Shown one piece after another: positions 51,101-63,049 of a stretch of 64,000 bases of DNA (within the stretch, counting starts at the first letter, position 1; every line of letters begins with the position of its first letter). The position numbers were made by a program, and so were the translations under genes. The notes beneath the pieces are model-generated. The model was not told the DNA's origin and made no database searches. It was given only the letters and a program-made list of their open reading frames with translations. Origin of the DNA: Macrostomum hystrix (taxonomy: Eukaryota > Animalia > Platyhelminthes). Location of the stretch: contig CATNEN010000029.1 in NCBI GenBank assembly GCA_950097015.1, positions 7,006,001 to 7,070,000 on the forward strand. Direction: 5' to 3'.

Positions 51101-52234
51101 TTTCCCTCTCCCAAAATGGGATTGCGACCGTCTGAATTAGGAGGCGAAAGTTTTTATCGAGATTTTAATTGGATAACTGCATGAGCGTGTTAAACATGAT
51201 ATAGGAAGTATGGGATTACGGGAACTGGAGACCCGGTGTTTTTGATCAGGTACAGGACTCAAGACATGAGATCCGGTTACTCAATACATGATATCAAGTA
51301 GGGGACTCGGGACATAAAATGAGGTATCGGTCATGTAATCCGGTAAATCAGGACTCGAGATCATGAGAACAGGTAACTCAGGACTCGAGATCATGAGAAC
51401 AGGTAACTCAGGACTCGAGATCATGATAGCAGGTAACTCAGGACTTGAGATCATGAGAACAGGTAACTCAGGACTCGAGATCATGAGAACAGGTAACTCA
51501 GGACTCGAGACCATGAGAACAGGTAACTCAGGACTCGAGATCATGAGAACAGGTAACTCAGGACTCGAGATCATGAGAACAGGTAACTCAGGACTCGAGA
51601 TCATGAGAACAGGTAACTCAGGACTCGAGATCATGATAGCAGGTAACTCAGGACTTGAGATCATGAGAACAGGTAACTCAGGACTCGAGATCATGAGAAC
51701 AGGTAACTCAGGACTCGGGATCATTAGAACAGGTAACTCAGGACTCGAGATCATGAGAACAGGTAACTCAGGACTCGGGATCATTAGAACAGGTAACTCA
51801 GGACTCGAGATCATGAGAACAGGTAACTCAGGACTTAAGATCATGAGAACAGGTACTTCAGGACTCGAGATTATGAGAACAGTTAACTCAGGACTCGAGA
51901 TTATGAGAACAGGTAACTCAGGCTCGAGATCATGAGAACAGGTAGGTAACTCAGGACTCGAGATTATGAGAACAGGTTATATTATTTCCTCTTAGCTAAG
52001 GTTCGAGCTCCTGACCACTGAGTAGAACAGCTAATTCAGCTGAAACATATAATATAAGTTTATACCCGGCTTTCGAGTGGCTTTTCGCGGCACCTCCTCG
52101 CCTCTGTCCGCCTCCGGGGCTCCCCAGCAGTCGGTTGAATGTCTTGCACTCCTACTGGTCAGCCGGCCTGTGATGGGATCGATCGCTGCTGCTTGATTGA
52201 TTTGGCATGTGAGGAGGGTGGGAGGTAACTGCAG
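48155..52234 (-). CDS. Uncharacterised NPLTG-repeat protein (11 x [N/D]P[L/I/V]xG), 9 exons, ~374 aa, start unresolved
   Basis: Exons: 52066-52234, 51021-51131, 50792-50887, 50610-50711, 49794-49904, 49600-49701, 49081-49248, 48727-48825, 48155-48321. All eight introns are GT-AG and phase 1. The total is 1125 nt, open to TGA at 48155-48157. Motifs: IDPITGR, RNPILGEG, RNPIAGSG, WDPIYGY, ANPLTGDG, SNPLTGENC, GNPLTGENC, SNPLTGDNC, RNPLTGTNC, SNPVTGEG, GNPLTGDN. Confidence 0.88.
48400..48700. repeat. 23-nt minisatellite (TAGATCTATTGAGTAGCTTTCTG) in last intron of the NPLTG gene
   Basis: The period of 23 was checked at 48481/48504. Confidence 0.95.
49960..50480. repeat. 21-nt minisatellite (GGTCATTAGGTGTCAGGAGTA) in NPLTG-gene intron
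   Basis: Read directly. It gives the LLTPNDL pseudo-ORF. Confidence 0.95.
51345..51975. repeat. 30-nt minisatellite (CAGGACTCGAGATCATGAGAACAGGTAACT) in NPLTG-gene intron
   Basis: Read directly. It gives the MRTGNSGLEI / MISSPELPVL pseudo-ORFs. Confidence 0.96.
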
Positions 52235-52559
52235 CTGTACGACTTGTGCGAAAAAAAAAATTATGAAGTCAACAGTAGCGAGAAAAATTCCCAGAACAAT
52301 TTTTTGGGCTGAACGTGGGCAAACTGTTTGGAGCATTGGGAAAAAATCAATAGAGGTTGGCACTCGCGGCCAGCTGTGCCGCGGCGATCCTAAGCTCGTT
52401 TCTGAATAAGAAAATATCCCATGGGACCAAATTTTAAGTTTTATGAAATAAAATTCATAATAAACAGAACCTGTCCAACAGGTATTTCGACTGCGTGCAC
52501 TTTGAACGTGTAAAACCAATACTATATAACAGATGTTTGGCACTCAACCGGTAAACCTA

Positions 52560-52930
52560 TCTTCCCAACAGGTATTGACACCTAGCCTGTCCTGCAAACA
52601 GCTGAGCCCTACTGTCCAACAGGTATTGACGCCGGTCCTGCAAACAGCTGAGCCCTACTGTCCAACAGGTATTGACGCCGGTCCTGCAAACAGCTGAGCC
52701 CTACAGTCCAACAGGTATTGACGCCGGTCCTGCAAACAGCTGAGCCCTACTGTCCAACAGGTATTGACGCCGGTCCTGCAAACAGCTGAACCCTACAGTC
52801 CAACAGGTATCGACGCCGGTCCTGCAAACAGCTGAGCCCTACAGTCCAACAGGTATTGACGCCGGTCCTGCAAACAGCTGAGCCCTACTGTCCAACAGAT
52901 ATTGACACCTGTCCTGCAAACACTGTCCAA
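52560..52930. repeat. 46-nt minisatellite (GTCCAACAGGTATTGACGCCGGTCCTGCAAACAGCTGAGCCCTACT), ~7-8 copies
   Basis: The period of 46 was checked at 52614/52660. There are no unique spacers. Confidence 0.93.
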
Positions 52931-55388
52931 CGTACGGTATTGCTGAGCTGGTACTGTAAACTGCTGAGAGAATTAAAAAATTATTTTACGAGCGTAATTT
53001 GCAAATGTACTGATAGACAAAAGCTGACAGTGCAATAAATACAAGCAAAAATACTGCAAAATACCTCGACTCATCTTCTAAGTTTTTCCGAGAAATCTTA
53101 ATTATCTTTTAGACTATTACTAATAGAGGATAACTATACGCTGCTAAAGTCAATGTCAAAGTCAAAGTCAATCTGATAGCTCGTTGAGTAATTATGTTTC
53201 AATTTTTTTAAGGAATTAATTTGCTTGGTAATCGCTTCTCACTCAAGACAAATATGTAAATCGTGCTAGATTTCAAACGTCCCGTTTTATTCTGCTATAT
53301 ATAATTTACTGACGAATGTAATGTGCCCTCGCACACATGTCCAATAGTCGCGCGCGCTAAAAAATTGCTTGAAGTGTCCAGGAAACAGCTGGAGTGCAGG
53401 ATCAAAAAGTAAAAAAGTAAAATAATTGTTAAAAAAATAATTTAGCCTTCTTAATTCAGGCGATTGGGAGCTTGGTCGTCTAGGAGTCACGACACCCTGG
53501 ACACCCATTCCTACTCCACAGTTGCTGGCAAAGAGTTAAGATTGTATGCGTAGGGTTCTAAAGGCAACTCTTCTATATTACCTGAAGCAAGGCGCATTAG
53601 CAAAGGCGTATATCTTTTGCAGATACTTTTTACAATTCATTTATCAAAATTTAGAACTCTTTAATTACTGTTATAAGTTTGGTTGCACTTTTTGGCACTA
53701 CTTCAATCATCAAATCATATAATCTACATCTACATGCACCTTATGCATGTCCCAATGACCACTAGAAGTAGAACTCTATCCATAGTGGTCCTTGACATGT
53801 TTCCGTACGCATACGTCATGCATTCATGTACACGCTACTTCACAATGCAACCGGTGAGAAAAGTGCTTCTAAATCAATGACACTAATTTGATACTCAAAT
53901 GCAAGATATGACGACACAAACATATCGAGCTTAGCTAGCATTTTTTAATTTGGATTTTGGAATTCTAAATCTTGATTTTGGCCTGCAAAGATTTCTACAC
54001 TTTTGTGCCTCTGTGACTGGAAACCGGAAATATATAGTTGCGTTAAAATATAATATAATCCCAGGGGGAAAGAAATTACGGGCTTACTCGATGTTCTTAA
54101 GTGTTTTTAAGATGTTCTTAAGACTTACTATTATTAGCTACCGTAATATTCTCTTGCATTATTTGCAGCCCTTTATTTTTTCAATATTTTTGCTGTTAAA
54201 ACAAACAAAGATGTGTTGTTTTGTGTTTAATATTTGTTTAAAACGAATATATCTTTTGTAGCGTTTTAAACCCGTATTTTGTAATTTAGCTTTTTAAACA
54301 TGGAAAAGAATAGATTTTCGTGCGATTTCCTTTTTTGGAATCGCAGAATGGCATAAGTTTGTCTTCCTGTTCTTTTGTAAATCTAACATAAAAGTAATCC
54401 TAAACGTGTACTTCAATATTGTGGCGATGTTTCAGACATATCCCAATAATAATATTAGGGCCTACTTTGGAAACAGTTGTAGCAGAAGTAGACTTGCTGT
54501 TGCTGGGAGTATAGTGGTAGACGTAGACCCATCATCCAATTATTCAAATTACTATTCTTAGACAGACTTCTTGCTTCTAAAAACAAAGCTTTTATTTAAC
54601 TTTGCACCACCATTGACACCATACGGACATAATTTTTCTTTTACTTTTAGACGAGCTGCTTAGATTAGTCTTAGACCTAGGGTCTTCATAATGCATAGGC
54701 CCCTATCTATTCTGTCAGTATGAAAAATTGGCTAGTATAGGTATAGTCATGTACAAAAAAGGTAGCTAGGCCTAGTCCTATCCTATATTATGAGCTTTTT
54801 TATAGCAAAATAAACTTTCAATATCAAGTGTTTATTTATTCAGCCACAGTTTTTTATAAAAAAATATTTGTAATGTTTTAAATATTTTTATAGGAATATA
54901 GACATACATAACTATTTTTTAACAAACAACATAAACCAAAGACAAAATTTTTATGTCAATTAGCTATTTTTGAAATAAAATATTGCTTTAATTTTTGGCT
55001 ATTATTGACAAAAAAATAATAATTGAAATAAAAAAGTAAATTAAGGACCATTGGATTCTGGAAGGACAATTCTTTGTAAATAAGTCCAAACCAAATTTTT
55101 CATAATGAGTACACTACACAGAATTAAGCTGAGATCTAAATTGTTGTCTAGATATGACAATTTCAGCCATAAACCTTTTTTGTGTACAGTTTTTGCTTTT
55201 TATGTTTATCTTTTTTGATCTGGATCTTTTCATCTTTTTTGCTTTATTTATTCAATTATTTCTACTATGCAAGTGCTAATTTAATTTCATTAAAGAAATA
55301 ATGTTCTTGTTCATTCATACCACATTGGTGTTATTAGCATTACTAGGGCCTACACACTGCAACATTAGACATAGCTAATGTATCCATA

Positions 55389-55806
55389 GGCTATGGTGGA
55401 GTTCCGTTCGTTATATTATTTTTCAATTTCAAAATGGTGCCAAAAGCCCAGTAATGCAACGGACGATTTGGCATGACGTGGCATATGTATGTCTATGGTC
55501 TAAAATTGACTGTTGGCTCAAGTCAAGACCTTATCGGCTCAAGTTGCTCAAGTTGCCTCACCAACTATTTGAGTCATTTGAGTCTATACCCAGTCAATAC
55601 ATTCGTCAACTTCATGTATTGGGTGTCCCACTATTAGGGCCTATCCAACTTGATGAACAGATAAGGAACTGATGAACCTCTGATGAACTTTTCTGAGTGT
55701 CCTCGTGTTGTTTAAATGTTGCTGCGTTGGTCGTAAAACTTGTTTAACCTGTCCGCAGTCATTTTGAATTGCAAAATAATATAACGAACGGAACTCCACC
55801 ATAGCC
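55389..55806. mobile_element. 418-bp MITE with ~48-bp TIRs and TA target-site duplication
   Basis: The left TIR GGCTATGGTGGAGTTCCGTTCGTTATATTATTTTTCAATTTCAAAATG (55389-55436) is the near-perfect inverse of the right TIR 55760-55806. TA lies at 55387-88 and 55807-08. Confidence 0.9.
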
Positions 55807-56089
55807 TATCCATATTTAGGTGTATGGAGTCTTGACTTGCTTATGAACATAACAATAATTCTGGCTGTGTCTAAAATTCTGGAACTTAGGTGTTAGCAGC
55901 CATGTCTATAAGCAAGACATGACCCTGTATTAGGCCTAGAGACTTGGCAGCTACCTATATTACCAACTCATGGCTATTTTTTACTGTTTAGGGATCTTAA
56001 AAGGTAGGAAATTTAACTAGGCCTATTGAAAATATGATCATTGATTCATTTCAAAATTTGAGTACTAGTGAATCAGATATGACAAGACA

Positions 56090-56255
56090 ATACTTTAGCA
56101 ACTAGCTCGCATTTGCCACTCAACCCAAGGTCCCTAAGTTAGATTCCAGGGTGAGGCCACATTAAATTGGGGTGCAACTGCAGAGAGAAGGCTTGGGAGC
56201 TTGTTGTGCAATTTATGCCATTGAGGGCCAACCTCCAAGGCACAGTGTCTAGTGT
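56090..56255 (+). mobile_element. Diverged family-B SINE copy
   Basis: CGCATTTGCCACTCAACCCAAGGTCCCTAAGTTAGATTCC..GAGAAGGCTTGG..GGGCCAACCTCCAAGGCACAGTG matches the reverse complement of 20270-20400 and 6900-7050. Confidence 0.72.
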
Positions 56256-57159
56256 CACCAAATGATGTGCCATTGCTTACAGCCTTTCTGCAATTATTAT
56301 TATTATTATAACCAGCTCAGTAACCATCCTGATTTGCAGCCTTGAAAATATAGGCATACTATATAGACAGATATTGACACAGCACAAATACTGTATAGGC
56401 CTTTCTATTACACATTTTTGCCATTGATTGACTGCTATAGGCTATAATCAGGATTGTGGTTTGTATTGTATATGCCATGTACCAAAAAATTAGAATGTAT
56501 GCTAGGTATGCCAGGAAAATGTCAGTTCTGTGCACCAGTTACACTTATTTGGTAGTTGGTATAGTTGACAGTTGGCAGCTGACACTGTGTGTGTGATATA
56601 AGGTTCTCCAATTTTTTGGTATGCTGAATAATCCACCATGCTGTGCATCAAAAGATCTTTGTAAACATTTGTAATTATATAGATAATATATTCATTTTTA
56701 AAATTTAGAGTAATTTAGATCAACATATAGAAAAAAATTATCATCTAAAAATGGTGCATTTTAGAGATAGTGATGAATGGGCTATATAATGCTAAGGTAT
56801 GTTTTCTTATTGTAAGGAGCTAATACTTCAAAATTGTTATAAGCTACATAAACTAGTATAGTTCTTTTCATTAGTGCTAACATGGTTTTTTAAGAAATTT
56901 CTATGGTCTTTTAAGTGCAGCTTTTTCATTAAGCCAAATGGATCAATGTGCAGATGCAACATGCAATGTGCAAAGAAGCACTGTACAAAGACAGGCAATG
57001 TGTCAATGTGTTTCTGCTGAAGCAATATCATTTAAGCAGATTGTGACTTGGCCTACTAGAGACAGAATATACACATGTCCATATGTGCAGCTGATAGCAC
57101 AGCTGCAGCTCTATGGTGCATCTAAAGGCTGCATTTCGCCAATCAGTCCATTCCCACCT

Positions 57160-57280
57160 TAATTACCCCTGCTAATGCTGGTACCCATTTAACAGCTGGG
57201 TGAACTGAAGCAAGGTTAAGTTAAGTGCCTTGCTAAAGGACACAAACTGTTCCAGTGGAGTTGTTAATCAACCCCCCAAA
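57160..57280 (-). mobile_element. Family-A SINE fragment (CORE-like domain)
   Basis: The reverse complement reads TGTGTCCTTTAGCAAGGCACTTAAC..TTGCTTCAGTTCACCCAGCTGTTAAATGGGTACCAGCATTAGCAGGGGTAATT, matching 22975-23060. Confidence 0.75.
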
Positions 57281-58454
57281 TGGAGTTGATGTCATTAATT
57301 TAAATTTTAGTAACAAGTTTAAACACAATCTTGAAGATAATAATTTATGAATGAATGTAGGTGCATTGCTTTATTTTTTGTATGCTGTGTACTATAAAAA
57401 AGAAGTATTTGAGAGACCAATGTCACATTATTATTAATGATTGATTATTATTTGATTATTATTTCTTTATCACATGAGGATGACTAAGCCTATTAGTCTT
57501 TATGTAAGGAATAAAGTTTGTACTTGTTCTTTGTATTGTTATAATAATTTGAGTAACAAAATGCACAAAAAAGTAATGGAAAAATTTGTCCCATGTATTT
57601 CTGACACTTTCAAATGAATCAATGGGATATATAAATAATTTTTTACAGTATAGCTAGTGTCCTACAACTAGAAATTTTTTCCATTAGATGTAGTAGCCCC
57701 TCAGGCAGTGGGTAAGTTAATTCCGTTGTCAACTTACCATCCTATATGGTAGTAAAGCTCACAATTTTCAAGTGTGTGATGTCGTCGCTAGTGATTTAAA
57801 ATCTTCATTGAAGTCTCAAGTGTATTTATTTGTTCACCAGACTAGACAAAATGTGTGTAGGCGAAGCAGCTGTTGCTGAAGCTTTACACAAATGGCGCAT
57901 GTCAACTTACATTGCTATGCATTTTTTTAGGTTTCTTGGCAATGCAAATAGTCTTTTTTACGCGCCTGTTTTTGGCCTTAACTATTAAGTCCATTTGGAA
58001 ATAGCCACATACTTTCCTTTCTTTCAAACCACTCAGCCTCCTTAACACATCTTTTTACTTGAATTGCTAAAGTTTTAGCAGCATTTTCTTAGCTGCTTTA
58101 GCCCATTATTCTGTCCATTTCCTGTCGTAGTTGGTGAAACATTCTTTTCAACCAAGCTTCGTTGAAGCATGCCTTACTAATTTCGTTTTGTTCTGCTAGA
58201 TTCTAAAAGTTCTGCTTTCTTTGACTCGACTTTTGTGGTATTTCCGTGGGGATAGCTTTTACCGAACTCGATTTACTAACTGACAAAATCAACTAGTAAA
58301 ACCTTGTTCAAATCATCAAGTTCCTATGCAACTTTTTACCAGCTTAAAGAAATTTAGAAAAGCAGCCTACCACAAAGCGACCACAACGCTTGCTATTAAA
58401 ATTAAAGTTGTAAAGTTCTTGCACTTTTTTCTACCAGTGCATTTTGACACTCAC

Positions 58455-59055
58455 TCAGGTCTGACTGTCACTCCAGATCTTCAGCCTCTGGTCTGAATGT
58501 CACTCCAGATTTTCAGCCTCTGGTCTGGCTTTCACTCCCAGATCTTCAGCCTCTGGTCTGACTGTCACTCCCAGATCTTCAGCCCCTAGTCTGACTTTGA
58601 CTCCAGACCTTCAGCTTCTGGTCTGACTGTCACTCTCCCAGATCTTCAGCCTCAGGTCTGACTGTCACTCTCTCAGATCTTCAGCCTCAGGTCTGACTGT
58701 CACTCTCCAAGATCTTCAGCCCCTGGTCTGACTTTGACTCCAGACCTTCAGCTTCTGGTCTGACTGTCACTCTCCCAGATCTTCAGCCTCAGGTCTGACT
58801 GTCACTCTCTCAGATCTTCAGCCTCAGGTCTGACTGTCACTCTCCAAGATCTTCAGCCTCAGGTCTGACTGTCACTCTCCCAGATCTTCAGCCTCAGGTC
58901 TGACTGTCACTCTCCCAGATCTTCAGCCTCAGGTCTGACTGTCACTCTCTCAGATCTTCAGCCTCAGGTCTGACTGTCACTCTCCAAGATCTTCAGCCTC
59001 AGGTCTGACTGTCACTCTCCCAGATCTTCAGCCTCACGTCTGACTGTCACTCTGA
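58455..59055. repeat. 35-nt minisatellite (GGTCTGACTGTCACTCTCCCAGATCTTCAGCCTCA)
   Basis: The period of 35 was checked at 58801/58836. Confidence 0.95.
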
Positions 59056-61261
59056 GATTTTTGTAATAGATTTTTTACCCGGTTAAAGAAATTTAGTTTT
59101 TTTTGTGTATTTTACGAGATATGGTATATAGTAATACTTATAAATTTATATATTACAGTTATTGTAACGCCCATATTCTAGTAAACCCTCCACTAAATGG
59201 CACCAATAATGATCTAGGTAAATCTAGTTTATAATCTGTTGACAGCAGTTACGTTTTTTTTCATTTAGCTTCTATGCAACCCTAGCCTCTCTAATTAGGA
59301 AGAGCTCAAAGCTATATAAAACGAAAATTCCTAATGTTAAAGGAAGCCTAAGGAATGCTGAGGGCCTATCTCACGCAAGCAGATATTATCTTATGCAAGC
59401 TTGACAAATTGATCCCTCAGCTCTTTCCTTTCTGCTTCCTTCCTACTCAAAACACAGGCGGCGGCTAAATGTAAATGATGGGGATCTCCCTTAGAGAAGT
59501 TCTCCATTTTCCTGTTTATTTTCTCAATTCATAGCTGTGAATGAATGACAGAGAGAGGAGATGAAGGGGGTATCTGTACAATGATAATTCATATTCATCA
59601 GTGTACTGCTGCTTGAGAGTTAGCTATTACTACGAGTATAAGGACAGACCACTACTAGGCGGCATCTGGGATTCTGGAGGCCACAACGATTTGAGTAGAA
59701 CTTGACGAGACGCTAGACTCAAGGAAGATTGGAAATACCCGAGACTATAATAAGTTATATATGGGTAACGCACTGGGTTGGGGCAAGATGAAAGATGGGA
59801 AAATGGAACTAGTAGAGAGGAGTGAGAGGCGGGAGACGGAGACTGAAGTCGGGTCCGGTTCTATCTAAAGCAGTCGCCGTGTGCCAAATTAATTTGCCTT
59901 CTTAGCCTTCTTGCCCCAATAACTAACTGTCTGTCAGCGGGAGAACGGAGGAAAGAAGAGAATTGGCACGGGGGAGAGAAAGAAAATTGAGGAAAGCCGA
60001 AGGCAAGGCGTTGGTTGGATATGGGAAATCTAGCTTAGTCTTTTCTCCCTTTGGCTGTAAACGGAGCCAGTTGGTTTTTTCTAGCCTCTCTTACGTCTGT
60101 CTCCTTTATATATACTCGAATATTTCCATATTACATGGCCCAAGGATTGAAGGGCGAAAGAGAGAGAGAGAGAGGCTGAGTGTGGTTCAAGCTTCAAATT
60201 TCCATCGCCCTCAAGCCAGCTCTCTAACTATAAAGTATAATGAGCGCATGTATAAAACAGTGTTATGGGGCGCGTAGCCTCGCAGTTTCTTTATCTGTCT
60301 AAAATCTAAACTTGCTTCCTTTAGATGATTGGTGCTGTTGAGCTGCATCTTGGCGCCTAACAACGCCCCATCGCTCCACCCCACTCCCTACATCTTTAAG
60401 CTTTAGAATAAGCCTCCATAGGTACTGGTACTGATGGGTCTATTCACCACCACCCCCAATCCCTTCTCCCTATCGCAGGTTCTGACACTTCATCTCTACC
60501 TCTCGATCCTCCCCGTATCTTTCCTCTCTGCCCCACTTTCTTTAAAAATTTCTGTGCACCATTTGACCCGATGACTAGCGGAATGTTGTTAAGGGGGCCT
60601 TGTTAAGGCTAGTTTTTTGTAGCTAGCGGTTAGTTTGCCATTGCTTCTTTTTCCTCTTCATTTCTCGTCTCTCTTTTCTATACGCCTGTTCTCCTACCCA
60701 GCTCCTATCTCCCGAGGGTTGCTCGAATCTTGCAGCCTCTATTCGCACTTTGTACTTGGTAGGCTAGCCTGCCTGTCCGCATGTCTGTCTGTTCATTTCT
60801 TATTTTGAGCCTTGCAATGACCCCTCCCACCGCTAGGCGTTGCTTGGTTTAAGGCCTTTGCCCTAATCCAACCCCTTGTCTGCCTGTCTCCATGGGCCGC
60901 TGGCCAATGGGATTGACGCGCGCCTACACCCTAAAAACAGTTGATGCTGTTAATGTCAGCTAGATAGATAGTCTCTGTGCAACTGAAGTACTCCCTGACC
61001 GAACACTCTCTGGACGGCTCTAATTCTCTTTATCTACCAATCTCTCACCCTATCTGCCTCTCTTTTTTGTTTTCTTCGTCTTCTTCTGCGCAACCCATTC
61101 ATCTCTTTATAGTGAGCCTAATAAAGAAAGTAGAATTTTTCTGCTGCTGCTCCTTATGTTGTATTCTGTTCTAGATCTAATCGCAACCCAAAAGCTGTGT
61201 TTGCTTCTAGAATTTTAAATATTTTTTAAATTGATACAATACGTAGGTAGTTTTATTCCAG

Positions 61262-61377
61262 AAATATAGCACCTTCAGCGACACCACGGCTGTGTTGCAA
61301 TGTATCAGTGTTCTGTCTGGTTTTTGTTTCTATAAAATTTCGGCCGCTTCTTAAACACATCGATTTGCTAATTAAAT
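61262..61377 (+). other. Possible non-coding 5' UTR exon of the glypican gene
   Basis: Flanked by TTTTATTCCAG| and |GTAAGT, upstream of the acceptor at 63585. The evidence is splice signals only. Confidence 0.3.
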
Positions 61378-61544
61378 GTAAGTGCGCATATGTTTGGGTG
61401 GGTAACAATTTTCCCAGTTTTGTCAATTAGTCTTCAACTGTGAACTATTAGCAAGCATAAAAGTAGAGTTACAGAATCTTTTAGAGGTATAGGATCAGTT
61501 ATTAATCGGGATCCAATTGCTAATTGTCATTAAAAAGAGTTAAG

Positions 61545-62460
61545 GTATCGACCCAGTGAATAGTTAGGATGGGGGTATCGACCCAATCACCCAGTGAAGA
61601 ATTAGGATGGTGGTATTGACCCAGTGAAGAATTAGGGTGGTGGTATCGACCCAGTGAAGTATTAGGGCGGTGGTATCGACCCAGTGAATAATTGGGATGG
61701 TGGTATCGACCCAGTGACGAGTTAGGATGGTGGTATCGACACAGTGAAGAGTTAGAATGATGGTATCGACCCAGTGAAGAATTAGGATGGTGGTATCGAC
61801 CCAGTGAAGAATTAGGATGGTGGTATCGACCCAGTGAAGAATTGGGATGGTGGTATCGACCCAGTGAAGAATTGGGATGGTGGTATCGACCCAGTGAAGA
61901 GTTAGAATGATGGTATCGACCCAATGAAGAATTGGGATGGTGGTATCGACCCAGTGACGAGTTAGGATGGTGGTATCGACCCAATGAAGAATTGAGATGG
62001 TGGTATCGACCCAGTGAAGAGTTAGAATGATGGTATCGACCCAATGAAGAATTGGGATGGTGGTATCGACCCAGTGACGAGTTAGGATGGTGGTATCGAC
62101 ACAGTGAAGAGTTAGAATGATGGTATCGACCCAGTTAAGAGTTAGGATGGTTTTATTGACCCAGTTAAGAGTTAGGATGTTGGTATTGACCCAGTGAAGA
62201 ATTGGGATGACTGTATCGACCCAGCGAAGAGTTAGAATGATGGTATCGACCCAATGAAGAATTGGGATGGTGGTATCGACCCAGTGACGAGTTAGGATGG
62301 TGGTATCGACACAGTGAAGAGTTAGAATGATGGTATCGACCCAGTTAAGAGTTAGGATGGTTTTATTGACCCAGTTAAGAGTTAGGATGTTGGTATTGAC
62401 CCAGTGAAGAATTGGGATGACTGTATCGACCCAGTAAAGAATCTGCTGGGTATCGACTGG
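61545..62460. repeat. 30-nt minisatellite (GTATCGACCCAGTGAAGAATTAGGATGGTG)
   Basis: Read directly. It gives the WVDTTILILH / GRYHHPNSSL pseudo-ORFs. Confidence 0.96.
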
Positions 62461-63049
62461 GGTTATTGGCCAAGTGAGAAATATTGCACTCGTGTTTCCG
62501 AGCAATAAGCAGTATTTTAGGACTGATTTTCTCATTCCTAGTTTGCTATTTCCACTGACCATCACTAAATTCTAAAGATGTTTCCATTTTCAATCGACAA
62601 GTTCCCGTGTATTACCTGTGCAATTCCTAGGATTCTCTTATTTTCTCTTCTTTTTCGTTTCCTAATTGCTCGCCCGCTTTCTATAAAGTAGGCTTCGTTC
62701 CCCCTATCCCGCCTGGCCCACCCACCCAGGGCTATCTGTGCGTGACTGCCAGTCTGGGCCTAGGATTTCTGGGTGGAAGGGTGAACGACTGGAACTGTAG
62801 GCAGGGCCTTGATTAAGGCGGAATGCCACACGACATGAAACAGAATGTTGTTAACTAATAATGGTTTCCGATGGAAAGCGAGTGTAAAAAATGGTGGATT
62901 TAGACTCAATTCTTGTTACAATCTAAACTACGTACTTCAGCCTCACTAACACCTGTCTGTCTCCATTGTCTGTCGGCTGTCTTCCTGTCTGTTTGTCTGA
63001 CTGACTGTGTATTATCAATAGTCTAACCTAACTTTCCTTATTTTTAAAG

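Noticed and set aside
52560-52930. 46-nt regularly spaced repeat, superficially CRISPR-like
   Set aside because: The copies are contiguous with no unique spacers, there are no cas genes, and the context is eukaryotic. The same applies to all other arrays.
56930-58200. Cys-rich stretches (e.g. CRCNMQCAKKHC) suggesting a decayed transposase or CXC domain
   Set aside because: There are multiple stops and no recognisable catalytic motif. It cannot be supported without a translated search.
61520-62565. 333-aa WVDTTILILH repeat ORF and 174-aa GRYHHPNSSL ORF
   Set aside because: These are 30-nt minisatellite translations, probably intronic to the glypican 5' region.
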